From Candidatus Omnitrophota bacterium (GTDB lineage: Bacteria; Omnitrophota; Omnitrophia; Omnitrophales; Aquincolibacteriaceae), in NCBI GenBank assembly GCA_030698625.1, contig JAUYMS010000047.1, forward strand, positions 12,210-76,209: a DNA stretch of 64,000 nucleotides. Reading direction: 5' to 3'. The position numbers were made by a program, and so were the translations under genes. Of this stretch, positions 37,662-46,740 are shown piece by piece. Each line of letters starts with the position of its first letter. Within the stretch, counting starts at the first letter, position 1. The notes beneath the pieces are model-generated. The model saw only the letters and a program-made list of their open reading frames with translations, made no database searches and was not told the origin of the DNA.

Positions 37662-38717
37662 CTACTCCTGATTTTCGGCAATGAGGGGTCTTTCCTGATG
37701 GGATTCAATCGCGGTAAGTTTATCCTGAAGCTTCTCAAACTGGCGGCGCGTACGGTCGAAGGCGGTTTGCGCATTCCCCACATGGGATCCCACTTTTTCA
37801 AATTCCGTAAAGCACTTCTTGAAGTCAGTTTCAAGCTGTCCGAGGCTTTGCAATATGACTTGCGCGGAGCGCTCAATTCGAAGTCCCCGCAAGCCGTGCA
37901 CGATCGCCTGAAGGTAGGCATAAAAGCTGTTCGGTGAAACGGGGATAACGCGCCGCTTCATGGCATATTCGACGAGACCGTCCGTCTGCGCCTCGTCCTT
38001 AATGATCGTCTCATAATAAACATTCTCGGCGGGAATATACATGAGCGCGAAATCAAAGGTACCCTCCTCGGGGAGAATATATTTATCCGAGATAGCGTCG
38101 ACATGCTTCTTTACATCCTGGACGAATCCCTTCTTTGCGCTTTTCTGACCGGCTTCATCCTGGGCCTGCTGAATCCGTTTGAAGTTTTCAAGAGGGAATT
38201 TTGCATCGACGGGGATAATCCCCTGGCCGAGCTTGATCACCGCATCGACCTGCGTGCCGTTTCTAAAACTGTACTGCAGTGAAAAGTGATCTTCGGGAAG
38301 GATTTGCCGTAAGAGTTCTCCGAGCAGAAACTCCCCGAACCCGCCCCGCAATTTGGGCGCCCTCAGGATATCCTGCAGAGACGCTATGTCCTTTCCTATG
38401 GCCATCATGGCATGGGTTGCTTCCTGAAGCTGTCCCATGCGGTTTTCCAGCTTGCCCACGGCGTCGCGATAGCCATGGTGGGTCTCACGCATCAGCTCTG
38501 TATTCTGCCGGAGTTGTTCATTGATCTGGCGTGTTACCTCGACTCCCTGATCCTTCAGAACAGACTTGAGATCAATCATCTGCTGCTGCATATCAAGGAT
38601 AATCTGGGTATGCATATCCTGTTTCGGCCGGCTGGAATTCTGACGCAGCACGATAACGGCCAGAGCGGCAACTCCCATTAAGGCACACAGGGCTAGGACG
38701 CCCAGTAGGATGGTCAT
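37662..38717 (-). CDS. rmuC: DNA recombination protein RmuC
   Basis: An N-terminal TM, a coiled coil, and the RmuC C-terminal domain (FDFALMYIPAENVYYE). Confidence 0.8.
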   Translation of the reverse strand: MTILLGVLALCALMGVAALAVIVLRQNSSRPKQDMHTQIILDMQQQMIDLKSVLKDQGVEVTRQINEQLRQNTELMRETHHGYRDAVGKLENRMGQLQEATHAMMAIGKDIASLQDILRAPKLRGGFGEFLLGELLRQILPEDHFSLQYSFRNGTQVDAVIKLGQGIIPVDAKFPLENFKRIQQAQDEAGQKSAKKGFVQDVKKHVDAISDKYILPEEGTFDFALMYIPAENVYYETIIKDEAQTDGLVEYAMKRRVIPVSPNSFYAYLQAIVHGLRGLRIERSAQVILQSLGQLETDFKKCFTEFEKVGSHVGNAQTAFDRTRRQFEKLQDKLTAIESHQERPLIAENQE

Positions 38718-38757
38718 GGCGTATTATACCATGAGGGGTCAAGTTGAGACTTCACCC

Positions 38758-40254
38758 CTATTTTACGAAGGTGATGTTGACCTCTTCAATGTGCATGCCC
38801 GGTTGTGAAAAAATGAAGATGTGACTGCGGCTCGTCTGCTCAACCCGCTGAATCGCCTTCTTTTCCTGATTGAGCAGCCGATCGGCAACATCCGGATGAA
38901 CATAGGCGTTGATCGTACGCCCTCGGGTGTGCCCGATGGACTTTCGCAATTCTTTAACCGCCTGGATCGCCATCGAGGTCGGCGACTTGACGATCCCCTT
39001 CCCGTCACAATAAGTACAGGTCCGGTGGACAGCGCTCTCCAGCGAAGGTTTGATTCGCTGCCGCGTCATCTCAACAATTCCCAATTCCGATATATTCAAG
39101 ATATTGGTTTTAGCGCGATCCGGAGAAACCGCCTCGCGGAAGGCGCGCGACAGCCTCCTGCGATGCTCATGGATTTCCATATCAATGAAGTCAATGATGA
39201 TGATCCCGCCGATATCGCGAAGCCGCAGCTGGCGCGCAATTTCCCAGGCCGCCTCCATATTTGTTTTAAAAACCGTGTCTTCGAGGTGTTTCGTCCCGGT
39301 GAATTTACCCGTATTGACATCGATGGAGACCAACCCCTCGGTCTGCTCAATAACGATATGCCCCCCGGACTTCAGATAGACATTTTTCTGAAATGTGCGA
39401 TCGATTTCTTTCTCGACATTGTATTTGTCGAACAAGCTCAGATTGCCGCGGTAATGCTCCAAGACGACCTTTTCACCCGGGGTGTACAACTGCAGGAATC
39501 GCTTTACCTTGCTTAGGAGATCGCGATTGTCGACTATAATTCGGTCGGTCTCTTCCGTCAGATGATCCCGAATCACCCGCTCCACCAAATCGAGTTCTTG
39601 ATGGATCATCGTGGGCGCTTTGCGGCGGTCAATGGAGGCGTGAACATTCCGCCACAGACGCGTCAGATATCGCATGTCGCGCATAAATTCCTTTTCACCG
39701 CGGCCGCTGGCTGCCGTCCTAACGATGAAGCCAACGCCCTTCGGCGTCTCCATCTTGCGGAATATCTGGCGGATACGGTCGCGCTCCTTCTTATCGTCAA
39801 TTCGGCGGGACACACCGACTTTCGACTCTCCCGGCATCATGACTAAATAACGTGCAGGTATCGAAAAATGAGTGGTGAGACGGGGGCCTTTGTTGCGAAT
39901 GGCATCCTTAACAACCTGAACGATAATTTCCTGGCCGATTGACAGGATCTTGTCGATCGGCTTTTGGCGCTCGCGCCGTTCATCCTTGCGCGTCTGCTCA
40001 TCAAAATCTGCATCCAGATCCATCGGCGCCCTGACTGCGTCGGCGACATACAAAAAACCATCCTTCTTCGTTCCGAGATCCACAAATGCGGCTCCGATAC
40101 CCGGAATCACGGTCTTTACCCGGCCCTTGTAAATGTTCCCGAACATGCTCTGTTCGGTCTTTCTTTCCATGTAAAGCTCTTCGAGCCGGCCATCTTCGAG
40201 AATAGCGACACGTTTCTCGTTGGTTTCGAGGCTGATTAAAATCTCGCGTTTCAT
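38758..40254 (-). CDS. rng: Ribonuclease G (RNase E/G family)
   Basis: S1 domain GNIYKGRVKTVIPGIGAAFVDLG. Size 498 aa, with conserved DNase I-like and Zn-link regions. Confidence 0.85.
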   Translation of the reverse strand: MKREILISLETNEKRVAILEDGRLEELYMERKTEQSMFGNIYKGRVKTVIPGIGAAFVDLGTKKDGFLYVADAVRAPMDLDADFDEQTRKDERRERQKPIDKILSIGQEIIVQVVKDAIRNKGPRLTTHFSIPARYLVMMPGESKVGVSRRIDDKKERDRIRQIFRKMETPKGVGFIVRTAASGRGEKEFMRDMRYLTRLWRNVHASIDRRKAPTMIHQELDLVERVIRDHLTEETDRIIVDNRDLLSKVKRFLQLYTPGEKVVLEHYRGNLSLFDKYNVEKEIDRTFQKNVYLKSGGHIVIEQTEGLVSIDVNTGKFTGTKHLEDTVFKTNMEAAWEIARQLRLRDIGGIIIIDFIDMEIHEHRRRLSRAFREAVSPDRAKTNILNISELGIVEMTRQRIKPSLESAVHRTCTYCDGKGIVKSPTSMAIQAVKELRKSIGHTRGRTINAYVHPDVADRLLNQEKKAIQRVEQTSRSHIFIFSQPGMHIEEVNITFVK

Positions 40255-40399
40255 GATGTGCTCCTTCTAGATCCTAGAGGAGACAAGGAACAACCTTGAG
40301 GAGGTAGCAAATCTACGTGGTATGCGTATCAATGTCTAACCATTCCTCAAAAGTCGCATGTGCTTTGTCTCAGCGCTTTGAGGATGGATCCGGAAGGTA

Positions 40400-41971
40400 T
40401 TACGTAACCGCGGAACTTCCCATCGTTAGGTCATCCTGTTTCATGCCTACCGGGCTTCCGTCATCTTCTTCAAGTTGATCCCAGGAGTTATCTCCAGCTG
40501 TTGCACTGCTTTGATTGCTGGCGGTCTTGGCCTTTGCGTAAATCTTTTCGGCCATTGCTCCCGTCGGTTGTCCTTCCGTATCCACCATAGTTACTGTTAT
40601 AAAAAATAAGGTTTCTTTTTGTTCATTACTAGTCTCATCCTGGCGCTTTGAGCGAAAGAGTTTGCCGACAAGCGGCAGATCGCCGAAGAACGGGATCTTG
40701 GCCTCTGCGTATTGGGCCTTATCCGTTCTGAGTCCGCCGATCGCGATCGTTTGTCCGCTCTTAATGAGCACCTGAGTCTTTGCTTCAGTGATATTAAAAC
40801 GGGGTGCACTAAAATCCCCAAAATTCAACAAGGCAGCCTCTGAGCTAACCTCGGGCTTCAGATCAACTAATATCTCCTCCGCCGAGTTTATGTGCGGTGT
40901 CACGGTCAGCACAACGCCAACCTTGCGATAGTCAATATCGGTAATTTCAAGACTGCCCGTCGTTTCGTTGCGCTCAAAATTGGGAATCGGCACTTCGGTT
41001 CCGACCTGAACGGTTGCTTCCTGATGGTTAAGTACAGTAATCCTCGGATTCGACCGTATCTTCGTGTTACTCTTCGTCTCTAAAAACTGCATAATCGCTG
41101 ACATGCTTGAGAAATTCAGCGTCCCAAAACTGAAGGCCTGCCCGGCCGTCGCCTGCACGGGGTTCGTAGGAAATGCGCGATTATCGCTAGAGAGGCCTGT
41201 TGTACTGCCCGCGATATTGATCGGAAGAAACTGCCGTATGAAGTGCCCCAGCTCTTCGTCATTCTTTGTTGTGCTCGTAAAAAACGGAAAAGTCGTCGGC
41301 CTTGATGAACCTGTAAGCGCGCCCAGGTTATTGTTCGCACCGCCGGTGTTCCATTGAATACCGATATCCTCAGCCTCGCTAACTGACGTCTCGATTATTT
41401 TTGAATCGATGTAGGCTTGCGGCGTTTGCTGGTCGAGCCTTTTAATGATGACCCCTATCTGATACACGTTCGTAGGAATATCAGTCACAATCACTATATT
41501 GGTTCGCTTGGAAGTCCGGATGTCGCCGCGTTCGGTGAGCATCCGCTTAATTGCATCCTCAACTTCCGCGGCGGGAATATAGTTTAATATGAAGGTCTGA
41601 GTGATGACCGGTTCTTGCTCCATCCGGTCGCGCGTTGTAACGCGTATGATATTTCCGTCTCTCTCATACACATAGTTATAGGTGCGTAAAACCACTTGAA
41701 GCGCCTTCTCCCAGGGTACATCTTCTAAGCGAATCGTCACGGTCCCCAATACTTCAGGACCGGCAACGATATTGACCCCGCTTTTCAGGCTCATAACGCG
41801 CAACACGGTCTTGATGTCGGCATCCTTGAAATCGAGGCTGACTATACCGCTGTCTTCGGGAGCAACTTCAGGAGCAACTCCGGGGACAGCCCCAGGGGTC
41901 AGGGCGTATCCGCTTGGGACGCCCGTAATGAGGAATGCGGCTAGAATTAGATAGCTGGCTTTTCTCTTCAT
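40400..41971 (-). CDS. pilQ: Type IV pilus secretin PilQ
   Basis: A C-terminal secretin domain (VLIKSGQTIAIGGLRTD...IPFFGDLPLVGKLF). I prefer the start at MKRKASY, which has a signal peptide. Confidence 0.8.
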   Translation of the reverse strand: MKRKASYLILAAFLITGVPSGYALTPGAVPGVAPEVAPEDSGIVSLDFKDADIKTVLRVMSLKSGVNIVAGPEVLGTVTIRLEDVPWEKALQVVLRTYNYVYERDGNIIRVTTRDRMEQEPVITQTFILNYIPAAEVEDAIKRMLTERGDIRTSKRTNIVIVTDIPTNVYQIGVIIKRLDQQTPQAYIDSKIIETSVSEAEDIGIQWNTGGANNNLGALTGSSRPTTFPFFTSTTKNDEELGHFIRQFLPINIAGSTTGLSSDNRAFPTNPVQATAGQAFSFGTLNFSSMSAIMQFLETKSNTKIRSNPRITVLNHQEATVQVGTEVPIPNFERNETTGSLEITDIDYRKVGVVLTVTPHINSAEEILVDLKPEVSSEAALLNFGDFSAPRFNITEAKTQVLIKSGQTIAIGGLRTDKAQYAEAKIPFFGDLPLVGKLFRSKRQDETSNEQKETLFFITVTMVDTEGQPTGAMAEKIYAKAKTASNQSSATAGDNSWDQLEEDDGSPVGMKQDDLTMGSSAVT

Positions 41972-42002
41972 AATTTGTGTAACTTGTTCTATATACGGCC
42001 CT

Positions 42003-42377
42003 CTACCTGTTTTCTTGACCTGCATTTTCGGGCGCAATTTCCTCTCTGAGCCAAAGGGTCTTCTCCTCATCCTCTGAGAAGAGAATTATCCGATCGGTGT
42101 AAATGTGTAATAGGGTCGCCCCGTGAATTTCTTCGCCCGGCCGATACAACTCGCCGTCAATCAGCGCCACCGATCCCCCTTCGGGGTCGTAGATAATGCC
42201 CTCAATGACGAAGGTGCTCTGCACTTTCGGGACACCGCCCTGAAGCAGGCCCTCAGGCCCGATAAGCGCCACCATGGGGTCTCGACGCGAGCCGGTATCA
42301 TAAGCGATTTCCCCGGCATAGGCCATGGAAAAACACATAATGCTATACAAAGCTATAAATGCGGCCGGTCGTCTCAT
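42003..42377 (-). CDS. pilP: PilP-like pilus assembly protein
   Basis: A signal peptide and the beta-sandwich pattern ...GGSVALIDGELYRPGEEIHG... Confidence 0.5.
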   Translation of the reverse strand: MRRPAAFIALYSIMCFSMAYAGEIAYDTGSRRDPMVALIGPEGLLQGGVPKVQSTFVIEGIIYDPEGGSVALIDGELYRPGEEIHGATLLHIYTDRIILFSEDEEKTLWLREEIAPENAGQENR

Positions 42378-43051
42378 TTCTTTTTCGCCTTTTTACGACT
42401 CTTTTTCTTATCTTTGGGATTCGCGGCCTGTTTCAACGCCTGGTAAACCTCTTTGCCCGGCTGATAAGTTACTGCGGCAAGAGTGATAGTCGCCAGATGG
42501 CTCTCTGGATTTCCCTCCCGAGGGCTGACCTCAAAGAGCTCAATACGCAACATCTTCGGGTTTGACTCAATCCGGCTCACGAATTCACCCAGTGCGTGAT
42601 AGCCCCCCTCGACCGTCAGGTTGATATACTCGGCCTTATACTGAAGGTGGAATGGAGGGGGGAAATCCGGGGTGTCTCGGTGAGGCCTTGAGGCAATTAT
42701 TTGAACCCCGCTTTCCTCGGCAAGTTTTGAGATCGTGCCTAGGAGAAGCGAAATTTCGTCCGACCGATAAAGTCTGCCGGCAATGTCTGCAATGAAGTCG
42801 GCGTAATTCTTCTTATCCTGAATCCACTGGGGCCGCTTTCTTTTAAGCGACTCGACCCGCACGATCTGTGATTTCGTGTCTTTAAGCTCCTGGAGAAGTT
42901 CGGGCCTTCTCATCCAAGCGGGCCAAGCGAATACGATCAAGAAGAGGGCTATGCCCGCGGCCACAATGCCGATCTTCATCCACATCTCTCGGTCGACCGT
43001 CTTCAGATACGAGACGACATCCTGGCCTGTCCACTCAGTAATCGGTTTCAC
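42374..43051 (-). CDS. pilO: Type IV pilus assembly protein PilO
   Basis: Single TM plus a PilO periplasmic domain. Confidence 0.65.
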   Translation of the reverse strand: MKPITEWTGQDVVSYLKTVDREMWMKIGIVAAGIALFLIVFAWPAWMRRPELLQELKDTKSQIVRVESLKRKRPQWIQDKKNYADFIADIAGRLYRSDEISLLLGTISKLAEESGVQIIASRPHRDTPDFPPPFHLQYKAEYINLTVEGGYHALGEFVSRIESNPKMLRIELFEVSPREGNPESHLATITLAAVTYQPGKEVYQALKQAANPKDKKKSRKKAKKK

Positions 43052-43626
43052 GAAGCCTCCGGAACGATAAACTCAAAAACGGCAACAAAATGTGTTACTT
43101 GAACGCTATACTGTATCTGTCGCGAAGTCGTCAGACTAAGCTTCGCATCCGCAATTTCCGTCTTTAGATTGTGGAGGTAATCTTCGATCTGCTCGATGCT
43201 TGTTTTTTCTTTCGTAGATAAGCAGAGCCCCGTAATAACAATGGAATTGCCCTCGGCATCGTTGCGCCGCTTCACCTGCGTTAACCACGCTGAGGACGGC
43301 AGGTATTGACTCGCCCACTCAAGCATATTCGTCAGCGGGCGCTCAGTGGTAACCGTCGTTTCCAAAAACTGTTTTTCCTTGCTCAACACTTTTTCGACTT
43401 CGGCCTCGAGATCATTCAAGACAACGGCCTGCGGCTCTACGACCTTCCACGAAGCACTCGCTTCTTTCAATTTGCCGCGAGCCGACAGATAGCCGAAAAA
43501 GAAGTACGTCGTTAATATCACAAATAGAACGCCGAGACCGATCGCGAGTTTCAACCACGGGACAGGCTCCTTGGTCCGGGTTTTGACGACTCGCAATTCT
43601 TCCGGCAAGAGATTGATCGTTATCAT
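43048..43626 (-). CDS. pilN: Type IV pilus assembly protein PilN
   Basis: MITINLLPEE is the PilN N-terminal motif; it is followed by a TM. The start overlaps the pilM stop by ATGA. Confidence 0.7.
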   Translation of the reverse strand: MITINLLPEELRVVKTRTKEPVPWLKLAIGLGVLFVILTTYFFFGYLSARGKLKEASASWKVVEPQAVVLNDLEAEVEKVLSKEKQFLETTVTTERPLTNMLEWASQYLPSSAWLTQVKRRNDAEGNSIVITGLCLSTKEKTSIEQIEDYLHNLKTEIADAKLSLTTSRQIQYSVQVTHFVAVFEFIVPEAS

Positions 43627-44711
43627 TCGGATCTCAGACAAAGCCCCAGACAAACCGGGAGCAATTTCGCGTAACTCACGAGGAGGTTGCGGTCGACGCC
43701 GGCATCGACATCCACCTTATTTAGGATATCCATCGTCTGGACCGGAATCCCGAGCGACTCGCTCAGGATGGGGCTGATGAGACTGGTATCCCCGGCGCCC
43801 CCGCCGATAAACAGCTTTGTCACCGGTATGGCTTGCGGTACCTGGCCTAAATAGTAGTCCAAAGAAACCTTGAGATCTGTCGCAAGACTCGTGTAACTTT
43901 CCTTGAGAGCCTCTTCAGCCTCTACGCTCGGCATGCTGGATGCTGCCATAAGTTTGTCCGCATCCTCAGAATTAAGACCCAGCTTGCGGCGAAACCGTTT
44001 GGAGACATCCAGATCGCCGAATGAGATATCCCGAATAAATCGAGGTTTGCCGGCGCGTAGAACGCAGAGACTCGAGGAATCATTTCCCAAATCCAAATAA
44101 GCTATGGATCGGGCGGCATCTTCCGGATGAAAATATTCCAAGGCATTCACTGAAGCCAGGATATCGCAGTCAACGATATCCGGCTCGAGTCCGGCATCGT
44201 TAAACAATTTCATCTGCACATAGACTTCCTCTTTCTTCACCGCGATGAGGAGGATGTTCATCTCCTCGCCCTTTTCAGTTGTCACGCTATCCTCAAGGAC
44301 GTGGTAATCGATCACAACCTCGCTCATCTTAAACGGAATATAACTTTCGGCTTCGAAACTGAGCGCGCTCTTCAATTCGTCCGGGGCCATCTTCGGGAAT
44401 TGAATGAAGCGGACAATGACCCCCTGCCCTTTAAGCGATATTCTGATTTTTTGAGTCTCCAATCCGGCGAAGGCATGGCCGGCTTTAATAATGTCGGAGA
44501 TTTTTGCGTGCTCGGCCGGTCGAGGCTCAACACCCAGGCCTTTGATGCGAAGCTTCCCTGCGGTGGTTTCGGCAGTGAGCAGGACAATGTTAGAAGCACC
44601 CAGGTGACAGGCCATGGAGACCACGGGCCTCGCAGGTCCTGCGGGCTTTCGGCGGAGGATCTTTTCCAGGATAAAGCCTTGTATTTGTTCTACAGGTAAT
44701 GTAAGGCTCAT
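43623..44711 (-). CDS. pilM: Type IV pilus assembly protein PilM (actin-like ATPase fold)
   Basis: PilM/FtsA-like fold. The start is set at MSLTLPV (44711); the ORF-track start at 44900 would overlap the pilin gene. Confidence 0.8.
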   Translation of the reverse strand: MSLTLPVEQIQGFILEKILRRKPAGPARPVVSMACHLGASNIVLLTAETTAGKLRIKGLGVEPRPAEHAKISDIIKAGHAFAGLETQKIRISLKGQGVIVRFIQFPKMAPDELKSALSFEAESYIPFKMSEVVIDYHVLEDSVTTEKGEEMNILLIAVKKEEVYVQMKLFNDAGLEPDIVDCDILASVNALEYFHPEDAARSIAYLDLGNDSSSLCVLRAGKPRFIRDISFGDLDVSKRFRRKLGLNSEDADKLMAASSMPSVEAEEALKESYTSLATDLKVSLDYYLGQVPQAIPVTKLFIGGGAGDTSLISPILSESLGIPVQTMDILNKVDVDAGVDRNLLVSYAKLLPVCLGLCLRSE

Positions 44712-44732
44712 GATTTTAAATATCGGCGTTTT

Positions 44733-44776
44733 GTGGAAAAAAGAAACCCACCCCGCTTTAGAGCGAGGTGGGTTTC
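44733..44776 (-). terminator. Rho-independent terminator downstream of the pilin gene
   Basis: A perfect 11-bp stem AGAAACCCACC/GGTGGGTTTCT with a 14-nt loop, followed on the minus transcript by a UUUUUU tract. Confidence 0.7.
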
Positions 44777-44802
44777 TGAACACATATGCACTTGACGAAA
44801 CG

Positions 44803-45279
44803 TTACGCGATTGGTGTTCCGTCAGCACAACCGTCTGCATCGCCAGTCGGAGGATCTTCCCCTTCGACCGAACCGACAACAACACCACTCTGATCCACAC
44901 AGTACGTGTTTACAGCTGAGTTGTCATCAAACGGTTCTGCGAATGCCGAATAACTGTTGGGAGTATCTTCACCCCCGCCAGTATAAGTCACGGTAAAACC
45001 ATGCTTCTGATCCTCCGTCCATGACGAATCCAAATAGGACGGATCAGCATCAATTAATGCATCTAAATCTTCGGCATACTCGGGAGGATTCTGCGCAGCC
45101 CGAAAACTCTCGTTGGCTGAGCTGAATGCTCTCAGATCCGTCTTAACCGCACCTTCATTTGCGTTAATTCTGGCGCGAAGAAGATTCGGAATCGCAATCG
45201 CCGCTAACAGACCAATAATAGCTACGACAATCATGATTTCTACTAAGGTGAAACCTTTCTGATTTAGTTTACGATACAT
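44803..45279 (-). CDS. pilA: Type IVa major pilin (prepilin N-terminal cleavage/methylation domain)
   Basis: KGFTLVEIMIVVAIIGLLAAIAIPN; a C-terminal Cys pair (D-region); an AGGAGG RBS upstream. Confidence 0.85.
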   Translation of the reverse strand: MYRKLNQKGFTLVEIMIVVAIIGLLAAIAIPNLLRARINANEGAVKTDLRAFSSANESFRAAQNPPEYAEDLDALIDADPSYLDSSWTEDQKHGFTVTYTGGGEDTPNSYSAFAEPFDDNSAVNTYCVDQSGVVVGSVEGEDPPTGDADGCADGTPIA

Positions 45280-45324
45280 ATCTACACCTCCTAGGGTATT
45301 TTATTAATCGTACTTGTTAGTATT

Positions 45325-45354
45325 ATACCTGTATAAATCCCATTAACGCAAATT
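45325..45354 (-). promoter_or_regulatory. Putative sigma-70 promoter for the pilin gene
   Basis: On the minus strand: TTGCGT-N18-TATAAT about 55 nt upstream of the ATG. Confidence 0.35.
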
Positions 45355-45497
45355 CTTACAAAACTAATATTCATGTTATTCCTATACTTACTTTAGGGCT
45401 AAAACAATCTCCTTTACCCTTATCCCATAGTGATTTGGCCGCCCTAGAGGTGGTCCCAAGGCCCTGAGAGCCGTGCAAAAATAATTCGCTCCCGGCC

Positions 45498-46727
45498 CTA
45501 CTTAATGTGCTGCGTGAGGGTCAAAATAGGCAGGAACATAGCGATCACGATACCCCCGATGACCACGCCCAGAAACAGGATAATCAGCGGCTCTATCAGG
45601 GAGGTTAGCCCGCTGACCGCCGCATCTACCTGAGCCTCATAAAAGTCGGCAATCTTCATAAGCATCTCTTCGAGCTCCCCCGTCTCCTCGCCGACGGCGA
45701 TCATACGCACCACCATGGTCGGGAAGGCCTCGTGCTTACCCAGCTGTTTCGAGATGCTTTCCCCCTTCTTGACCGACTCTGTCAGGGAAAGAATGATCTT
45801 TTCGATCTTCCTATTCCCCGCTGTTTTGGACACAATTTCGAGCGCCGAAAGAATCGGGACCCCGCTGCGTACCAGGGTCGCCAGCGTCCTGGCAAATTTA
45901 CTGACAGCAACTTTCTGGAAAAGTTGCCCGAAGATGGGCATTTTCAGCTTAAAGCCATCCCATGCCAGCCGGCCGGGCGGAGTACGAATCACCTGCATAA
46001 ACAGGAAAATAAACCCGCCTATGCCTCCGAGCACAAGAACCCAATTCGCCGCCAAGTAATTACTGAAGTCGATGAGGATGCGGGTCGGCGCGGGCAAAGG
46101 GGCGCCAAGGCCGTCAAAAATTTCGCCGAATTTCGGAATAACGAATGTCATCATACCGAACGTAATAAGGAAGGCGATCGCGGTCACCGAAATCGGGTAC
46201 GTCAAAGCTGATTTCACCTTTTTCTGAAGCACGCTGGTCTTTTCCAGGTAATTGGCAACACGGTCGAGGATCTCTTCGAGGCTGCCGCTGGTTTCACCGG
46301 CGCGGACCATATTGATGTAGAGTTGCGAAAATACCTTGTCATGCCTGCCCATCGCCTCAGAAAAGCTCTTACCCCCGGTGACGTCCTGGTGCATGGCGCG
46401 AAGAATTGTCTTGAAGGAATCCTTATCAACCTGGTCGGCGAGAATGTCGAGGGCCTGGATGAGCGGGATACCGGCTTCCACGAGCGTGGCCATCTGGCGC
46501 GAGAAGACGACAAGATCATCAAGCTTAACTTTACCCCGCTTGCCGGGCTTAGCGCTGCTGCCGCGCCCGACACTGAAGGCCTTGGTATCCTTCAACTCCT
46601 GAATCTTTACAACGATATAACCCTGAGAGCGCAGAGAAGACACAAGCGTCGCCACATCCGGCGCTTCCTGCACTCCGGTTTGATCCTTACCCTTGGAATC
46701 CTTAACCCGATATTCGAACGCTGCCAT
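45498..46727 (-). CDS. pilC: Type IV pilus platform protein PilC (GspF family)
   Basis: Two GspF repeats and three TM segments. Confidence 0.85.
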   Translation of the reverse strand: MAAFEYRVKDSKGKDQTGVQEAPDVATLVSSLRSQGYIVVKIQELKDTKAFSVGRGSSAKPGKRGKVKLDDLVVFSRQMATLVEAGIPLIQALDILADQVDKDSFKTILRAMHQDVTGGKSFSEAMGRHDKVFSQLYINMVRAGETSGSLEEILDRVANYLEKTSVLQKKVKSALTYPISVTAIAFLITFGMMTFVIPKFGEIFDGLGAPLPAPTRILIDFSNYLAANWVLVLGGIGGFIFLFMQVIRTPPGRLAWDGFKLKMPIFGQLFQKVAVSKFARTLATLVRSGVPILSALEIVSKTAGNRKIEKIILSLTESVKKGESISKQLGKHEAFPTMVVRMIAVGEETGELEEMLMKIADFYEAQVDAAVSGLTSLIEPLIILFLGVVIGGIVIAMFLPILTLTQHIK

Positions 46728-46740
46728 TACCCGTTTTCTC

